Source of the DNA: an uncultured Actinomycetota bacterium
Lineage (GTDB): Bacteria > Actinomycetota > Actinomycetes > Actinomycetales > CAWJMD01
Direction: 5' to 3'
Length of the DNA stretch: 64,000 nucleotides
Assembly: GCA_963825505.1 (NCBI GenBank)
Contig: CAWGTL010000018.1
Coordinates: forward strand, 66,137-130,136
Notes under the pieces: model-generated
Told to the model about the DNA's origin: nothing
Seen by the model: the letters and a program-made list of their open reading frames with translations, nothing else
Databases searched by the model: none
In this document: piece after piece, positions 15,364 through 24,147 of the stretch
Layout of the letters: each line of letters starts with the position of its first letter
How positions within the stretch are numbered: the stretch's first letter is position 1
Position numbers and translations under genes: made by a program

Positions 15364-16047
15364 CTAGAGGTCGACGACGACGACGGTGACGTTGTCGGAG
15401 CCGCCGGCGTCGAGGGCCGCGGCGACGAGGGCGTCGGCGGCCTCGTCGACCGAGCCCGACCCGAGCAGGGTGGCGACGTCGGGGTCGTCGACCTCGCTGG
15501 TGAGGCCGTCGGTGCACAGCAGCAGCCGGCCGTGGCCGGGCAGCGAGACGGTCTGCGGCAGCGGGGGTTCGGTGTCGCCGGCCAGCAGGCAGCGGGTGAG
15601 CACGAACTGGCCGGGGTGGGTGCGCGCCTGCTCGCGGGTGATGACGCCCGCGGCCGCCAGGCGCTCGGCCTCGTTGTCGTCGACGGTGACCTGCTGCAGC
15701 CCGGCGCCGTCCAGCCAGTAGATGCGGCTGTCGCCGACGCCGCCGACCGTCACCGCGTCGCCGTCGAGGACCGCCACGACGAGGGTGGTGCCCATCCGCG
15801 CCAGCGCGGCGTCGCCGTCCGCGCCACCGGTGACGGCGGCCGAGGCCGCGCGGAACGCCTCGGCCGGGTCGCCCGACGCCGCCAGGGCGTCGTGCGCGGC
15901 CTGCGCCGCCAGCCGGCTCGCGACCTCGCCGCCGTGGTGGCCGCCGAGGCCGTCGGCGACGACCCAGGCGGTCTCGGACACCACGTGCGCGTCCTCGTTG
16001 CCGTCGCGCACGTGGCCGACGTGGGTGCGGGCAGCGACCTCGGGCAC
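15364..16047 (-). CDS. PP2C-family Ser/Thr protein phosphatase
   Basis: Motifs THVGHVRDGNEDA, VADGLGGH and CTDGL...GGSDNVTVVVVDL. I placed the start at GTG 16047, because the rest of track ORF 15364..17160 is a GC-driven extension. Confidence 0.85.
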   Translation of the reverse strand: MPEVAARTHVGHVRDGNEDAHVVSETAWVVADGLGGHHGGEVASRLAAQAAHDALAASGDPAEAFRAASAAVTGGADGDAALARMGTTLVVAVLDGDAVTVGGVGDSRIYWLDGAGLQQVTVDDNEAERLAAAGVITREQARTHPGQFVLTRCLLAGDTEPPLPQTVSLPGHGRLLLCTDGLTSEVDDPDVATLLGSGSVDEAADALVAAALDAGGSDNVTVVVVDL

Positions 16048-16106
16048 CTGCGAACCGTAGCCGACCGCGCCCGTCCGGCTCCGTCGCGGCCGGACGGTCC
16101 ACCCGG

Positions 16107-16550
16107 TCAGTGGTGCGCGTGCACGACAGCGTGCCCCCGTCCGCGGGAGATCATCGCCCGGTTGACCGGCACCGTCACCACGAACGCGACGGCGAGGGCG
16201 AACGCCAGCGAGCCCCAGAACAGCGGGCTCGACAGGCCCGCCTCCATCGCGCCGGGCACCGCGAGCAGGACGCCGTTGTCGACCAGCTCCATCACGGCGA
16301 TCGAGAGCGTGTCGGCCGCCAGCGCGACCGGCAGCGCCTGCCGGAACGTCAGGCCCGAGCGCAGCAGCGGCAGCATCGTCAGGGCGTAGCCGAAGACGAA
16401 CGCCAGCCCGACGGCCAGCGCGATCGTCGCCGCCCCGTGCCAGCCCAGCGCCGTCCCGATCACCAGACCGAGCACCTCGCCGATGGCGCACCCGGTCAGG
16501 CAGTGCAGCGTCGCCGTGACCGCCATCCGCCAGCTGCTGTCCATGTCCAT
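16107..16550 (-). CDS. DUF4396-type small integral membrane protein
   Basis: 147 aa from ATG 16550 (MDMDSSW...), with about four TM segments and the conserved HCLTGCAIGE motif. Confidence 0.7.
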   Translation of the reverse strand: MDMDSSWRMAVTATLHCLTGCAIGEVLGLVIGTALGWHGAATIALAVGLAFVFGYALTMLPLLRSGLTFRQALPVALAADTLSIAVMELVDNGVLLAVPGAMEAGLSSPLFWGSLAFALAVAFVVTVPVNRAMISRGRGHAVVHAHH

Positions 16551-16571
16551 CGCTCCTCGTCGCTCTCCAAG

Positions 16572-16588
16572 ATACCCCCGGGTGGTAT
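16572..16588. promoter_or_regulatory. Candidate CsoR/RicR-type operator (ATACCCCCGGGTGGTAT)
   Basis: A near-palindromic 17-mer, AT-flanked with a GC core, lies 22 nt upstream of the DUF4396 start. It matches TACCC-N5-GGGTA with one mismatch. Confidence 0.4.
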
Positions 16589-16706
16589 ATGGCGCCAACA
16601 GGGCGAGGTCGGAGGGCATTCCCGGCGCCGTCCGGGCGTTCTTCCTGCGTACGCTCGCCGTGACCAGCCGCGAGCGGTCGGTCGGCGACGTGCAGGAGGA
16701 GGTCCC

Positions 16707-17006
16707 ATGGCCCGGTGCGAGCACCTGGAGGCGGCGCCCGCGCAGGCACAGCAGCCCACGACGCCGGACGGGTGCGCGGAGTGCCTCGCGGACGGCGGGC
16801 GGTGGGTGCACCTGCGGCTGTGCCTGACCTGCGGCCACGTCGGCTGCTGCGACTCCTCGCCGGGCAAGCACGCCAGCGGCCACCACGCGGCCACCGGGCA
16901 CCCCGTGATCGCCTCGTTCGAGCCGGGGGAGACCTGGCGCTGGTGCTTCGAGGACGAGGTCGGCGCCGACCCGGGCGCCCGCCCCGCACGAGAGGGCACT
17001 GAGTGA
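16707..17006 (+). CDS. UBP-type zinc-finger domain protein
   Basis: ATG 16707 is preceded by RBS aggagga. The Cys/His pattern is CEHL...CAECL...HLRLCLTCGHVGCCDSSPGKHASGHH. Confidence 0.8.
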   Translation: MARCEHLEAAPAQAQQPTTPDGCAECLADGGRWVHLRLCLTCGHVGCCDSSPGKHASGHHAATGHPVIASFEPGETWRWCFEDEVGADPGARPAREGTE

Positions 17007-18679
17007 CCGGGTCCCGCGCCGGAGCGCGGCCTGTGCTCCTCACCGTGGACGACGACGCCGCGGTCTCGCGCGCCGTCGCGCGCGACCTGCGGCGCAAGTA
17101 CGGCGAGCAGTTCCGGGTGCTGCGCGCCGACTCCGGCCCGCAGGCGCTCGAGGCGATCAAGGAGGTCGCGCTCCGCGGGGAGCAGGTGGCGCTGATCCTG
17201 GCCGACTACCGGATGCCGGTGATGAACGGCATCGAGTTCCTCGAGCAGGCGATGGACCTGGTCCCGGACGCGCGCCGCGTCCTGCTCACGGCGTACGCCG
17301 ACACCGACGCCGCGATCTCGGCGATCAACCTCGTCGACGTCGACCACTACCTGGTCAAGCCGTGGGAACCGCCGGAGGAGAAGCTGTACCCGGTGGTCGA
17401 CCAGCTGGTGGCGCTGTGGTGCAGCACCGTGCGCAGCGGGCGCAGCGAGATCAAGCTGCTCGGTCACCGCTGGTCGCGGCCGTCGTTCGAGGTGCGGGAC
17501 TTCCTCTCCCGCAACGGGGTCCCGTACCGCTGGTACAGCGTGGAGGAGCCGGAGGGGCAGCGCCTCCTCGCGCTCGCCGACGCGACGCCCGAGGACGTCC
17601 CCGTCGTCGTGGACCTCGAGGGCGAGGTGCTGCGGCGCCCCACCACGGCCGAGCTCGCGCAGGCGGTGGGGATGAGCACGCTGCCCAGCGAGGACTTCTA
17701 CGACCTGGCGATCATCGGCGCCGGCCCGGCCGGGCTCGGTGCGGCGGTGTACGGCGCCTCGGAGGGCCTCACCACGGTCGTCGTCGAGCGGCAGGCCCCG
17801 GGCGGTCAGGCCGGGCAGAGCTCGCGGATCGAGAACTACCTGGGCTTCCCCGACGGCGTCTCGGGCAGCCAGCTCACCGACCGCGCGCGCCGGCAGGCGC
17901 TGCGGTTCGGCACCGAGATGCTCTCTGCCAGAACGGTCACCGAGCTGCGCACCGCCGGTCCGAAGAAGGTCCTCACCCTCGACGACGGCACGCAGATCTC
18001 CGCCCACGCGGTGGTGCTGTCCACCGGGGTGGCCTACCGCGAGCTCGACGCCGACGGGGCAGCGGACCTCGTCGGACGTGGCGTCTACTACGGGTCGGCG
18101 TCCACCGAGGCCGAGGCATGCGTCGGCCGGCACGTGGTGGTCGTCGGCGGCGCGAACTCCGCCGGCCAGGCGGCGGTGTTCTTCGCCCGGCACGCCGAGA
18201 AGGTCACGCTCGCGGTGCGCGGGCCGGACCTGCGCGCCTCGATGTCGCACTACCTGGTGGAGCAGATCGCCGGCATCGACAACATCGAGGTGCGCACCTG
18301 CACGGTCGTCGCGAGCTGCACCGGCGAGGACCACCTGGAGTGCGTGACGCTGCACGACGTCTCCACCGGCGAGGACCAGGTGATCGACTGCGCCCACGTC
18401 TTCGTCTTCATCGGCGCCGCCCCGCTCACCGACTGGCTCCCGGACGAGGTGCTGCGCGACAGCAGCGGGTTCGTCCTCACCGGCCCCGACCTCGTGGTCG
18501 ACGGAGCCACCCCGGCACCGTGGCCCCTGGACCGCGACCCCTATCTGCTGGAGACGAGCGTCCCCGGCGTGTTCGTCGCAGGTGACGTCCGCGCCGCCTC
18601 GGTGAAGCGGGTCGCCTCCGCCGTCGGCGAGGGCGCCCTGGCCGTCACCCTCGTGCACCGCTACCTCGGAGAGTTCTGA
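17003..18679 (+). CDS. Fused response regulator / thioredoxin-reductase-like FAD-dependent oxidoreductase
   Basis: The GTG start overlaps the upstream stop (GTGA). The REC domain has LLTVDDD, the phospho-acceptor in ILADYRMP, and YLVKPW. The FAD motif is IIGAGPAGLGAA and the NAD(P)H motif is VVVGGANSAGQAA. The TrxR CATC site reads SAST. Confidence 0.85.
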   Translation: MTGSRAGARPVLLTVDDDAAVSRAVARDLRRKYGEQFRVLRADSGPQALEAIKEVALRGEQVALILADYRMPVMNGIEFLEQAMDLVPDARRVLLTAYADTDAAISAINLVDVDHYLVKPWEPPEEKLYPVVDQLVALWCSTVRSGRSEIKLLGHRWSRPSFEVRDFLSRNGVPYRWYSVEEPEGQRLLALADATPEDVPVVVDLEGEVLRRPTTAELAQAVGMSTLPSEDFYDLAIIGAGPAGLGAAVYGASEGLTTVVVERQAPGGQAGQSSRIENYLGFPDGVSGSQLTDRARRQALRFGTEMLSARTVTELRTAGPKKVLTLDDGTQISAHAVVLSTGVAYRELDADGAADLVGRGVYYGSASTEAEACVGRHVVVVGGANSAGQAAVFFARHAEKVTLAVRGPDLRASMSHYLVEQIAGIDNIEVRTCTVVASCTGEDHLECVTLHDVSTGEDQVIDCAHVFVFIGAAPLTDWLPDEVLRDSSGFVLTGPDLVVDGATPAPWPLDRDPYLLETSVPGVFVAGDVRAASVKRVASAVGEGALAVTLVHRYLGEF

Positions 18680-18680
18680 G

Positions 18681-20132
18681 ATGGATCCGTCGACCCTGTC
18701 CCGCAAGGTCACCCTGGACGAGCTGCGCGGCCTGTTCCTGTTCGAGGCGCTCGACACCGACCAGCTCGCCTGGCTGGTCGAGCACGGTGGCGTCGAGGAG
18801 CGGCACGCCGGCGACGTCGTCTACGGCGAGGGCCAGCCGGCCTCCTGCTTCTTCGTCCTCATGGACGGCACGCTGTCGATGACGCGCACCGTGCAGGGCG
18901 AGACGATCGAGATCACGCGCACCAACCAGCGCGGGGTCTACTCCGGTGCGACCACGGCCTTCGTCACCTCGGGCAAGGAGTCGCTCTACCAGAGCAGCCT
19001 GCTGGCGGTCACCGACTGCACCTTCTTCGTGCTCGACTCCGAGGACCTCGGCACCGCCATGCGCGGCTGGTTCCCCATGGCCATGCACCTGCTCGAGGGT
19101 CTCTACCTCGGCATGCGCCGCAGCAGCTCGATCATCGGCGAGCGGGAGCGCCTTCTCTCCCTCGGGCGCCTGTCCGCCGGACTCACCCACGAGCTGAACA
19201 ACCCTGCGGCTGCGGCCGTCCGGGCTACGTCGTCGCTGCGCGAGCGCGTCGCGAAGATGCGGCACAAGCTCAGCGCCCTCGCCTCCGGCCACGTCGACCC
19301 GGACGTGCTGGTGCGGCTGGCGACCGCCCAGGAGGACGCGATCGAGCGCAAGGCGAAGGCACCCGAGCTGACGCCCGTGCAGACCGCCGACGCCGAGGAC
19401 GAGCTCGGCGACTGGATGGACGCCCGCGGCATCGGCAACGGCTGGGACCTCGCCCCGATCCTGGTGGCCGCCGGCATCGACACCGAGTGGCTCGACGGTC
19501 TCGCCGGCGACCTCGACGAGCAGATCCTCGCGTCCGGGCTCGGCTGGATCGCCTACGCCCTCGAGACCGAGATGCTGATGGACGAGATCGAGGACTCCAC
19601 CGACCGGATCTCGAACCTGGTCGGCGCCGCGAAGCAGTACTCCCAGCTCGACCGCGCGCCGTTCCAGCAGCTCGTGGTGCACGAGGGGCTGAAGAGCACG
19701 CTGGTGATGCTCGCCCACAAGATCCGCGAGGCCCACGTCGAGGTGGTCAAGGACCTCGACAAGGACCTGCCGGCGGTCCCCGGGTACCCCGGCGAGCTGA
19801 ACCAGGTCTGGACGAACCTGGTGGACAACGCGATCGGCGCGATGCCCGACGGCGGGACGCTCACGCTCAGGTCGCGGCTGGACGGCGAGTGGGTCGTCGT
19901 GGAGGTCTGCGACACCGGCAGCGGCGTGCCGCCTGAGCTGCGGACGAAGATCTTCGAGCCGTTCTTCACGACCAAGCCCACCGGCAGCGGTACCGGGCTC
20001 GGGCTCGACATCTCCTACCGGATCGTCACCCAGCGGCACGGCGGGTCGCTGTCGGTGGAGTCCGAGCCGGGGGACACCCGGTTCGTCGTCCGGCTTCCCC
20101 TGCGCGAGGCCCCGTCCGTCGCCACCGCCTGA
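18681..20132 (+). CDS. Histidine kinase with an N-terminal cyclic-nucleotide-binding-like domain
   Basis: It starts 1 nt after the upstream stop. There is a cNMP-like beta-barrel region (LFEALDTDQLAWL...FFVLMDGTL). The H-box is LSAGLTHELNNP, the N-box VWTNLVDNAIGA and the G-boxes DTGSGVP and GSGTGLGL. Confidence 0.85.
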   Translation: MDPSTLSRKVTLDELRGLFLFEALDTDQLAWLVEHGGVEERHAGDVVYGEGQPASCFFVLMDGTLSMTRTVQGETIEITRTNQRGVYSGATTAFVTSGKESLYQSSLLAVTDCTFFVLDSEDLGTAMRGWFPMAMHLLEGLYLGMRRSSSIIGERERLLSLGRLSAGLTHELNNPAAAAVRATSSLRERVAKMRHKLSALASGHVDPDVLVRLATAQEDAIERKAKAPELTPVQTADAEDELGDWMDARGIGNGWDLAPILVAAGIDTEWLDGLAGDLDEQILASGLGWIAYALETEMLMDEIEDSTDRISNLVGAAKQYSQLDRAPFQQLVVHEGLKSTLVMLAHKIREAHVEVVKDLDKDLPAVPGYPGELNQVWTNLVDNAIGAMPDGGTLTLRSRLDGEWVVVEVCDTGSGVPPELRTKIFEPFFTTKPTGSGTGLGLDISYRIVTQRHGGSLSVESEPGDTRFVVRLPLREAPSVATA

Positions 20133-20136
20133 TTCG

Positions 20137-21501
20137 TCAGCTGCGGCGGTCCTGGCCGGGGACGGTCGCGGGGGCGAGCACCTCGGACGGGCCGACCGCG
20201 AACTCGTCGAGCTCGGTCTCGATCCGCTCGGTCTCGCGCTTCTTCCACTCCCGCACGGCCTTGCCGGCGAGGTCGACCTGCGCGTCGAGCACGGCCTGGG
20301 CGGTGCGCACCTCGGCGTCGAGCTGGGTGGCCGAGCGGGCCTTGGCGGCCTCGAGCGAGGCCTGGGCGACGGCCATCGCCTCGGCGTGCTCGACGTCGAG
20401 GCGGAGCTTCGCCCGGGTGACGCCGCGGTCGTCCTCCATCTGGGCGAGCGACTCGTAGAGCGTGGGCTTGGTGAGCGCCAGCAGGGTCTTGAAGAAGATC
20501 GGGAGGCACTCGATCGCGGTGAGGAACAGGAACAGCAGGATGTGCGCGAACTGCAGGATCCAGCTGTCCGCGGTCAGCCGGTGCAGGGCCTCGAGCCGGG
20601 CGAGCAGGCCGTCGTTGCTCTCGGTGGTGGCGTCGTGCGCGGCCACCTCGGCGGTGCGCTTGCGCTCGGCGTCGGCCACCTGGTCGGTGAGGTCGTCGAC
20701 CCGCGCCTGGTTGGAGATCGCGGCCTGCTCGGTGGAGGTGGCCACGGACTGGCGGACCTCGGCGGTCTTGGCGTCCAGCGCCGCCTGCAGGCGCGACACC
20801 TCGCCCGCGAGGCGGTCGCGCCGGGCCTGCTTCTCCTCGAACGCCGGGCCGGCGCCGATCACGCCGGAGCCGCAGGTGCCGTCCTTCTCGCAGGCGACCT
20901 CCTGCTCGGCGGCGTTGTAGTCGATGGTCACCTGCGCCAGCTGCGCGGTGAGCGCGGCGACCTCGGGGTTGGCGGACACCGAGTCGGCCGGGGCACCGGC
21001 GGCGATCGCGAGCTGGAGCTCGGAGATCTCGGCCTTCTTCTCGTCGATGTCGGAGAAGCGCGGGTCGGCGTCGAGCCGGGTCTCGAACGCCTCGAGCTCC
21101 TCGGTGTGCATCGCGATCAGCTCGGAGTCGATCTCGGCCTTGAAGATCTGCAGCGTCAGCGGGGTCGAGACGACCAGGCCGATCACGACCGCGAGGACCA
21201 CCCGTGGCGCGGCCAGCGCCAGCGTCGCCTTCTTGGAGGAGAGGCGGGGCGTCGAGGTGATCAGCCAGCGGTCGAGGTTGAGGATCGCCAGACCCCACAG
21301 CGCGCCGAGGACGCCTGCCAGCCACGGGGCCACGTCGAGCGCCATCCAGAGCGCGAGCGCACCGGCGACGGCGGCGAGGGCGGCGGTGGTCAGCAGCGTG
21401 CCTCCGAGGCTCGCCTGCTTGGCCAGGTCGCGCGGCGCGTGGTCCAGCACGGCACGGTTCGAGCCGGCCACCGCGAGCAGGAAGCGGTTCACGGGGTTCA
21501 C
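20137..21501 (-). CDS. DUF4407 domain-containing membrane coiled-coil protein
   Basis: GTG 21501 (VNPVNRFLLAVAGSNRAVLDHAPRDLAKQASLGG...) is a typical DUF4407 N-terminus. The protein has two N-terminal TM segments, a long Ala/Glu/Gln-rich coiled coil, an internal TM hairpin (WILQFAHILLFLFLTAIECLPIFF) and a second coiled coil. Confidence 0.75.
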   Translation of the reverse strand: MNPVNRFLLAVAGSNRAVLDHAPRDLAKQASLGGTLLTTAALAAVAGALALWMALDVAPWLAGVLGALWGLAILNLDRWLITSTPRLSSKKATLALAAPRVVLAVVIGLVVSTPLTLQIFKAEIDSELIAMHTEELEAFETRLDADPRFSDIDEKKAEISELQLAIAAGAPADSVSANPEVAALTAQLAQVTIDYNAAEQEVACEKDGTCGSGVIGAGPAFEEKQARRDRLAGEVSRLQAALDAKTAEVRQSVATSTEQAAISNQARVDDLTDQVADAERKRTAEVAAHDATTESNDGLLARLEALHRLTADSWILQFAHILLFLFLTAIECLPIFFKTLLALTKPTLYESLAQMEDDRGVTRAKLRLDVEHAEAMAVAQASLEAAKARSATQLDAEVRTAQAVLDAQVDLAGKAVREWKKRETERIETELDEFAVGPSEVLAPATVPGQDRRS

Positions 21502-22697
21502 GGATCGGTCCTGTCGGTCTCGGAACGGCTGTCGGGACGGGTCTCGGGGCGGGCGCCGCGGCGGGCCGTCGGGGATGCACCGGCGGTCCCGGGTCGGCGC
21601 TGGAGCGCGTCGAGGTAGGACTCGTGGCTGATGAACCGCTGCTTCGGGTGGCTGCGCAGCCACCGGGTGAAGGAGGAGGGCACGCCCAGGGGGCGCACCG
21701 GAGCCGACGTGTACGGGCGGAGCCGGTCCTGGGCGCGCATCACCTCGTCGAGCCGGGTCAGCACCGAGTCGGCTCCCGCGGCGTTGCCGCGCAGGTCGAG
21801 CTGCAGGCGCTGCACCGCCGGCATCGGGCGCGGGCCCGGCTCCGGGGTGGGCTCGGGCTCGGGGACGACCTCGATCTCCGGGGTGCTCACCGCGGTGACC
21901 CCGGCGGCGTTGGCGCCGATCAGCACGACCGAGCGGCTGTGCCGCAGCGCGACGGTGGTCTGCCCGTGGGACGGGAAGCCGGTGCGGCCGTCGACGACCA
22001 CCGTGTCGGCGCCCTCGAACGACCAGGTGACGGTGACGGGCGAGCCCTGTGCGATCCGCACCTCGTTGACCTCGATCCGCAGCGCGCGGGGGCGCTCCAG
22101 CGGCGGGGCGGCCGGGGCCGGGGCGACCGGCACCGGCGCGACCGCGACGACCGGCTCCGGCTGCGGGACGGGGACCGGCGCAGCGGGCACGACGACCGGC
22201 TCGGGCTCGACCACGGCCTCGACGGCGTCGGGCTCGGCCTCGACGGGGGCGACGGGCAGGCGGACGGTGACCTCCTCGCGCTCGTCGACCAGGGCGGCGA
22301 CGGGGCGGGTGTCCGCGACCTCGACGACGACCGTGTCCTCGACGTCGTCCGGCAGGTCGTCGGCGAGGTCGTCGGCCAGGTCGTCGGGCTCGTCCTGGGC
22401 GGCGGGAGGCGGGTCGTGCCGGCCCCAGTCGCCGACACCGGGCAGCACGTCGATGCCGAGCACCTCGCGCATCGTCCTGGCGCCATGGACGCGGCGCTGC
22501 GGGCCGTCGACGAGGTACCGGATCAGGGCGACCAGCAGCACGAAGGCCGAGGAGACGACGACGCCCGCCAGGATGAACGCCCAGGCCGAGACCCAGGTCG
22601 ACAGCCGCAGGTGCAGCACGTACACGCCGGCCACCGCGACCAGCCAGAGCCACGTCAGGACGTCGTAGCGCAGCGGCTCTCTGAACAACGGGTGCAC
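21498..22697 (-). CDS. Uncharacterised membrane protein with acidic repeats, a Pro-rich linker and a beta-rich domain
   Basis: 399-aa ORF whose stop overlaps the DUF4407 start (GTGA). It has two N-terminal TM segments, the repeat DDLADDLADDLPDD, the PVPVPQPEPVVAVAPVPVAPAPAAPP linker and a beta-strand-like segment (VTVTWSFEGADTVVVDG). I recognise no family. Confidence 0.65.
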   Translation of the reverse strand: MHPLFREPLRYDVLTWLWLVAVAGVYVLHLRLSTWVSAWAFILAGVVVSSAFVLLVALIRYLVDGPQRRVHGARTMREVLGIDVLPGVGDWGRHDPPPAAQDEPDDLADDLADDLPDDVEDTVVVEVADTRPVAALVDEREEVTVRLPVAPVEAEPDAVEAVVEPEPVVVPAAPVPVPQPEPVVAVAPVPVAPAPAAPPLERPRALRIEVNEVRIAQGSPVTVTWSFEGADTVVVDGRTGFPSHGQTTVALRHSRSVVLIGANAAGVTAVSTPEIEVVPEPEPTPEPGPRPMPAVQRLQLDLRGNAAGADSVLTRLDEVMRAQDRLRPYTSAPVRPLGVPSSFTRWLRSHPKQRFISHESYLDALQRRPGTAGASPTARRGARPETRPDSRSETDRTDP

Positions 22698-22790
22698 GAG
22701 GGTCCTTCGGCGGGTGGGGGGCTCGACTTGAGCACGGGAACCACCCGTCCGGGCGTGTGTCGCCCGGGCGCTCGTGCGATCACGCTACAG

Positions 22791-23597
22791 ATGGGTGCGC
22801 ACCGTGCCGAGATCCCCCGTGTGGCAGACCAGCAGCTGGTGGCGGGCTGGCGCCTCCTCGCCCTGCTCGGCGCCGGTGTGCTCGTGGTGGCGCTGCCAGC
22901 CTGGTCGCGGATCGCCGGGCCGCCGCCCGTCGAGCTGCCGCCGGTGCCCGTCGACGCCCTCGACGTGCGGGTGCTCCCCGTGGTGGAGCCGCTGGTCACG
23001 GGCCCGCACGCCTTCGTCGCCACCCACCCGGACGGGACGCCCGTCGTCCCCGACCCGTGCCGACCGATGCACTGGACGATGAACGTCGAGGGCATGCCGT
23101 CCGGCGGGCCGGAGCTGGTGCGGGAGGCGGTCGCCCAGGTCTCCGCCGCGACCGGTCTGGCCTTCCTCGAGGACGCGCCCACCGACGAGCGGGTCGTCAC
23201 CGAGCGGCCCAGCGTGCAGCCCGAGCGGTACGGCGACCGCTGGGCGCCGGTTCTCGTCGCCGTCACCGACGACGCCACGATGGCCGCCCTGGGCGGTGAC
23301 GTCGCCGCGGTGGCCCAGCCCGCGACGATCGCGCCGTCCGGTCCCGCGTCCGCCCGGGTGGTGAGCGGTCAGGTCGCGATCGACGCCGACTTCGTCCGCT
23401 ACTCGGTCAGCAGCGCCAGCGGGCAGGCCCGGTTCCGGATGGTGGTGCTGCACGAGCTCGGGCACGTCGTCGGCCTCGACCACGTCGACGACCCCACCCA
23501 GGTGATGCACGGACGCACCAGCTACCTCTACCTCGGCACCGGTGACAAGCAGGGCCTGGCGCTGGCCGGCCAGGGCCGCTGCTTCGACGACACCTGA
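22791..23597 (+). CDS. Membrane-anchored matrixin-family zinc metalloprotease
   Basis: ATG 22791, an N-terminal TM anchor (WRLLALLGAGVLVVALPAW) and the zinc-binding motif VVLHELGHVVGLDH. It is the C-terminal part of track ORF 21624..23597. Confidence 0.8.
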   Translation: MGAHRAEIPRVADQQLVAGWRLLALLGAGVLVVALPAWSRIAGPPPVELPPVPVDALDVRVLPVVEPLVTGPHAFVATHPDGTPVVPDPCRPMHWTMNVEGMPSGGPELVREAVAQVSAATGLAFLEDAPTDERVVTERPSVQPERYGDRWAPVLVAVTDDATMAALGGDVAAVAQPATIAPSGPASARVVSGQVAIDADFVRYSVSSASGQARFRMVVLHELGHVVGLDHVDDPTQVMHGRTSYLYLGTGDKQGLALAGQGRCFDDT

Positions 23598-23754
23598 CCG
23601 AGCCGACCACGCCCTCCGACCCCGGCCGCCGCGCACCTGTGGACGGTCGTGCGGGACGGTGCGGCGCCGCCCGTACGGTGGTGCACGTCAGCACCGGCAC
23701 CTGCGGGGGAGCCGGTGACGAGGGGCCGGGTAGCGGCGGCCGGGGTGCAGGGGG

Positions 23755-24147
23755 GTGCACGTGACCGACGAGTTCTCGCTCGACGAGGCGCAGTCGCTGG
23801 CGAACTACGTCGCCTGGATGGACGTCGTCGAGAAGGACCTGTACGACACCGCGTCGTACGTGTCGAACGTGGTCTGCGGCGACGAGGGCTACCCGCTGCT
23901 GATGAAGCCGGTGGTCGACGCCCTCGACGAGGCGGCCTGGTTCTTCCGCGACATGGTCGACCTGTTCGTCGAGCGCTGGAACGCCACCGAGCAGACCCTG
24001 TTCGAGATCGGCCGCGCCTACGGGCAGGACGACGAGGCGGTCAGCCGGCTGTTCGACCAGAGCGACCTCGAGCGCCGGATCGAGATGCAGCAGAAGGCGA
24101 ACCAGGTGCGGCAGGAGAAGATCGACCGCGAGATGGGGCTCTCCTGA
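23755..24147 (+). CDS. Hypothetical acidic all-helical protein (about 128-130 aa), first gene of a coupled trio
   Basis: Track ORF. The alternative start GTG 23761 has better spacing to the aggggg RBS. There is no TM segment or signal peptide. A helix-turn-helix-hairpin-like layout is expected from the sequence pattern. Confidence 0.65.
   Translation: MHVTDEFSLDEAQSLANYVAWMDVVEKDLYDTASYVSNVVCGDEGYPLLMKPVVDALDEAAWFFRDMVDLFVERWNATEQTLFEIGRAYGQDDEAVSRLFDQSDLERRIEMQQKANQVRQEKIDREMGLS

Noticed and set aside
16496-18757. Very long ORFs in the track that lie antisense to, or out of frame with, recognisable genes. Examples: 1..1401 -, 2362..4497 +, 16496..18757 -, 20015..21580 -, 24833..26989 -, 26607..28319 -, 28609..30507 -, 40647..42401 -, 46177..48129 - (upstream part) and 61975..63954 - (upstream part).
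   Set aside because: Their translations are Arg/Pro/Gly/Ala-rich low-complexity strings with no motifs. Each overlaps a gene with clear family signatures in another frame. Stop-codon depletion in a very GC-rich genome explains them.
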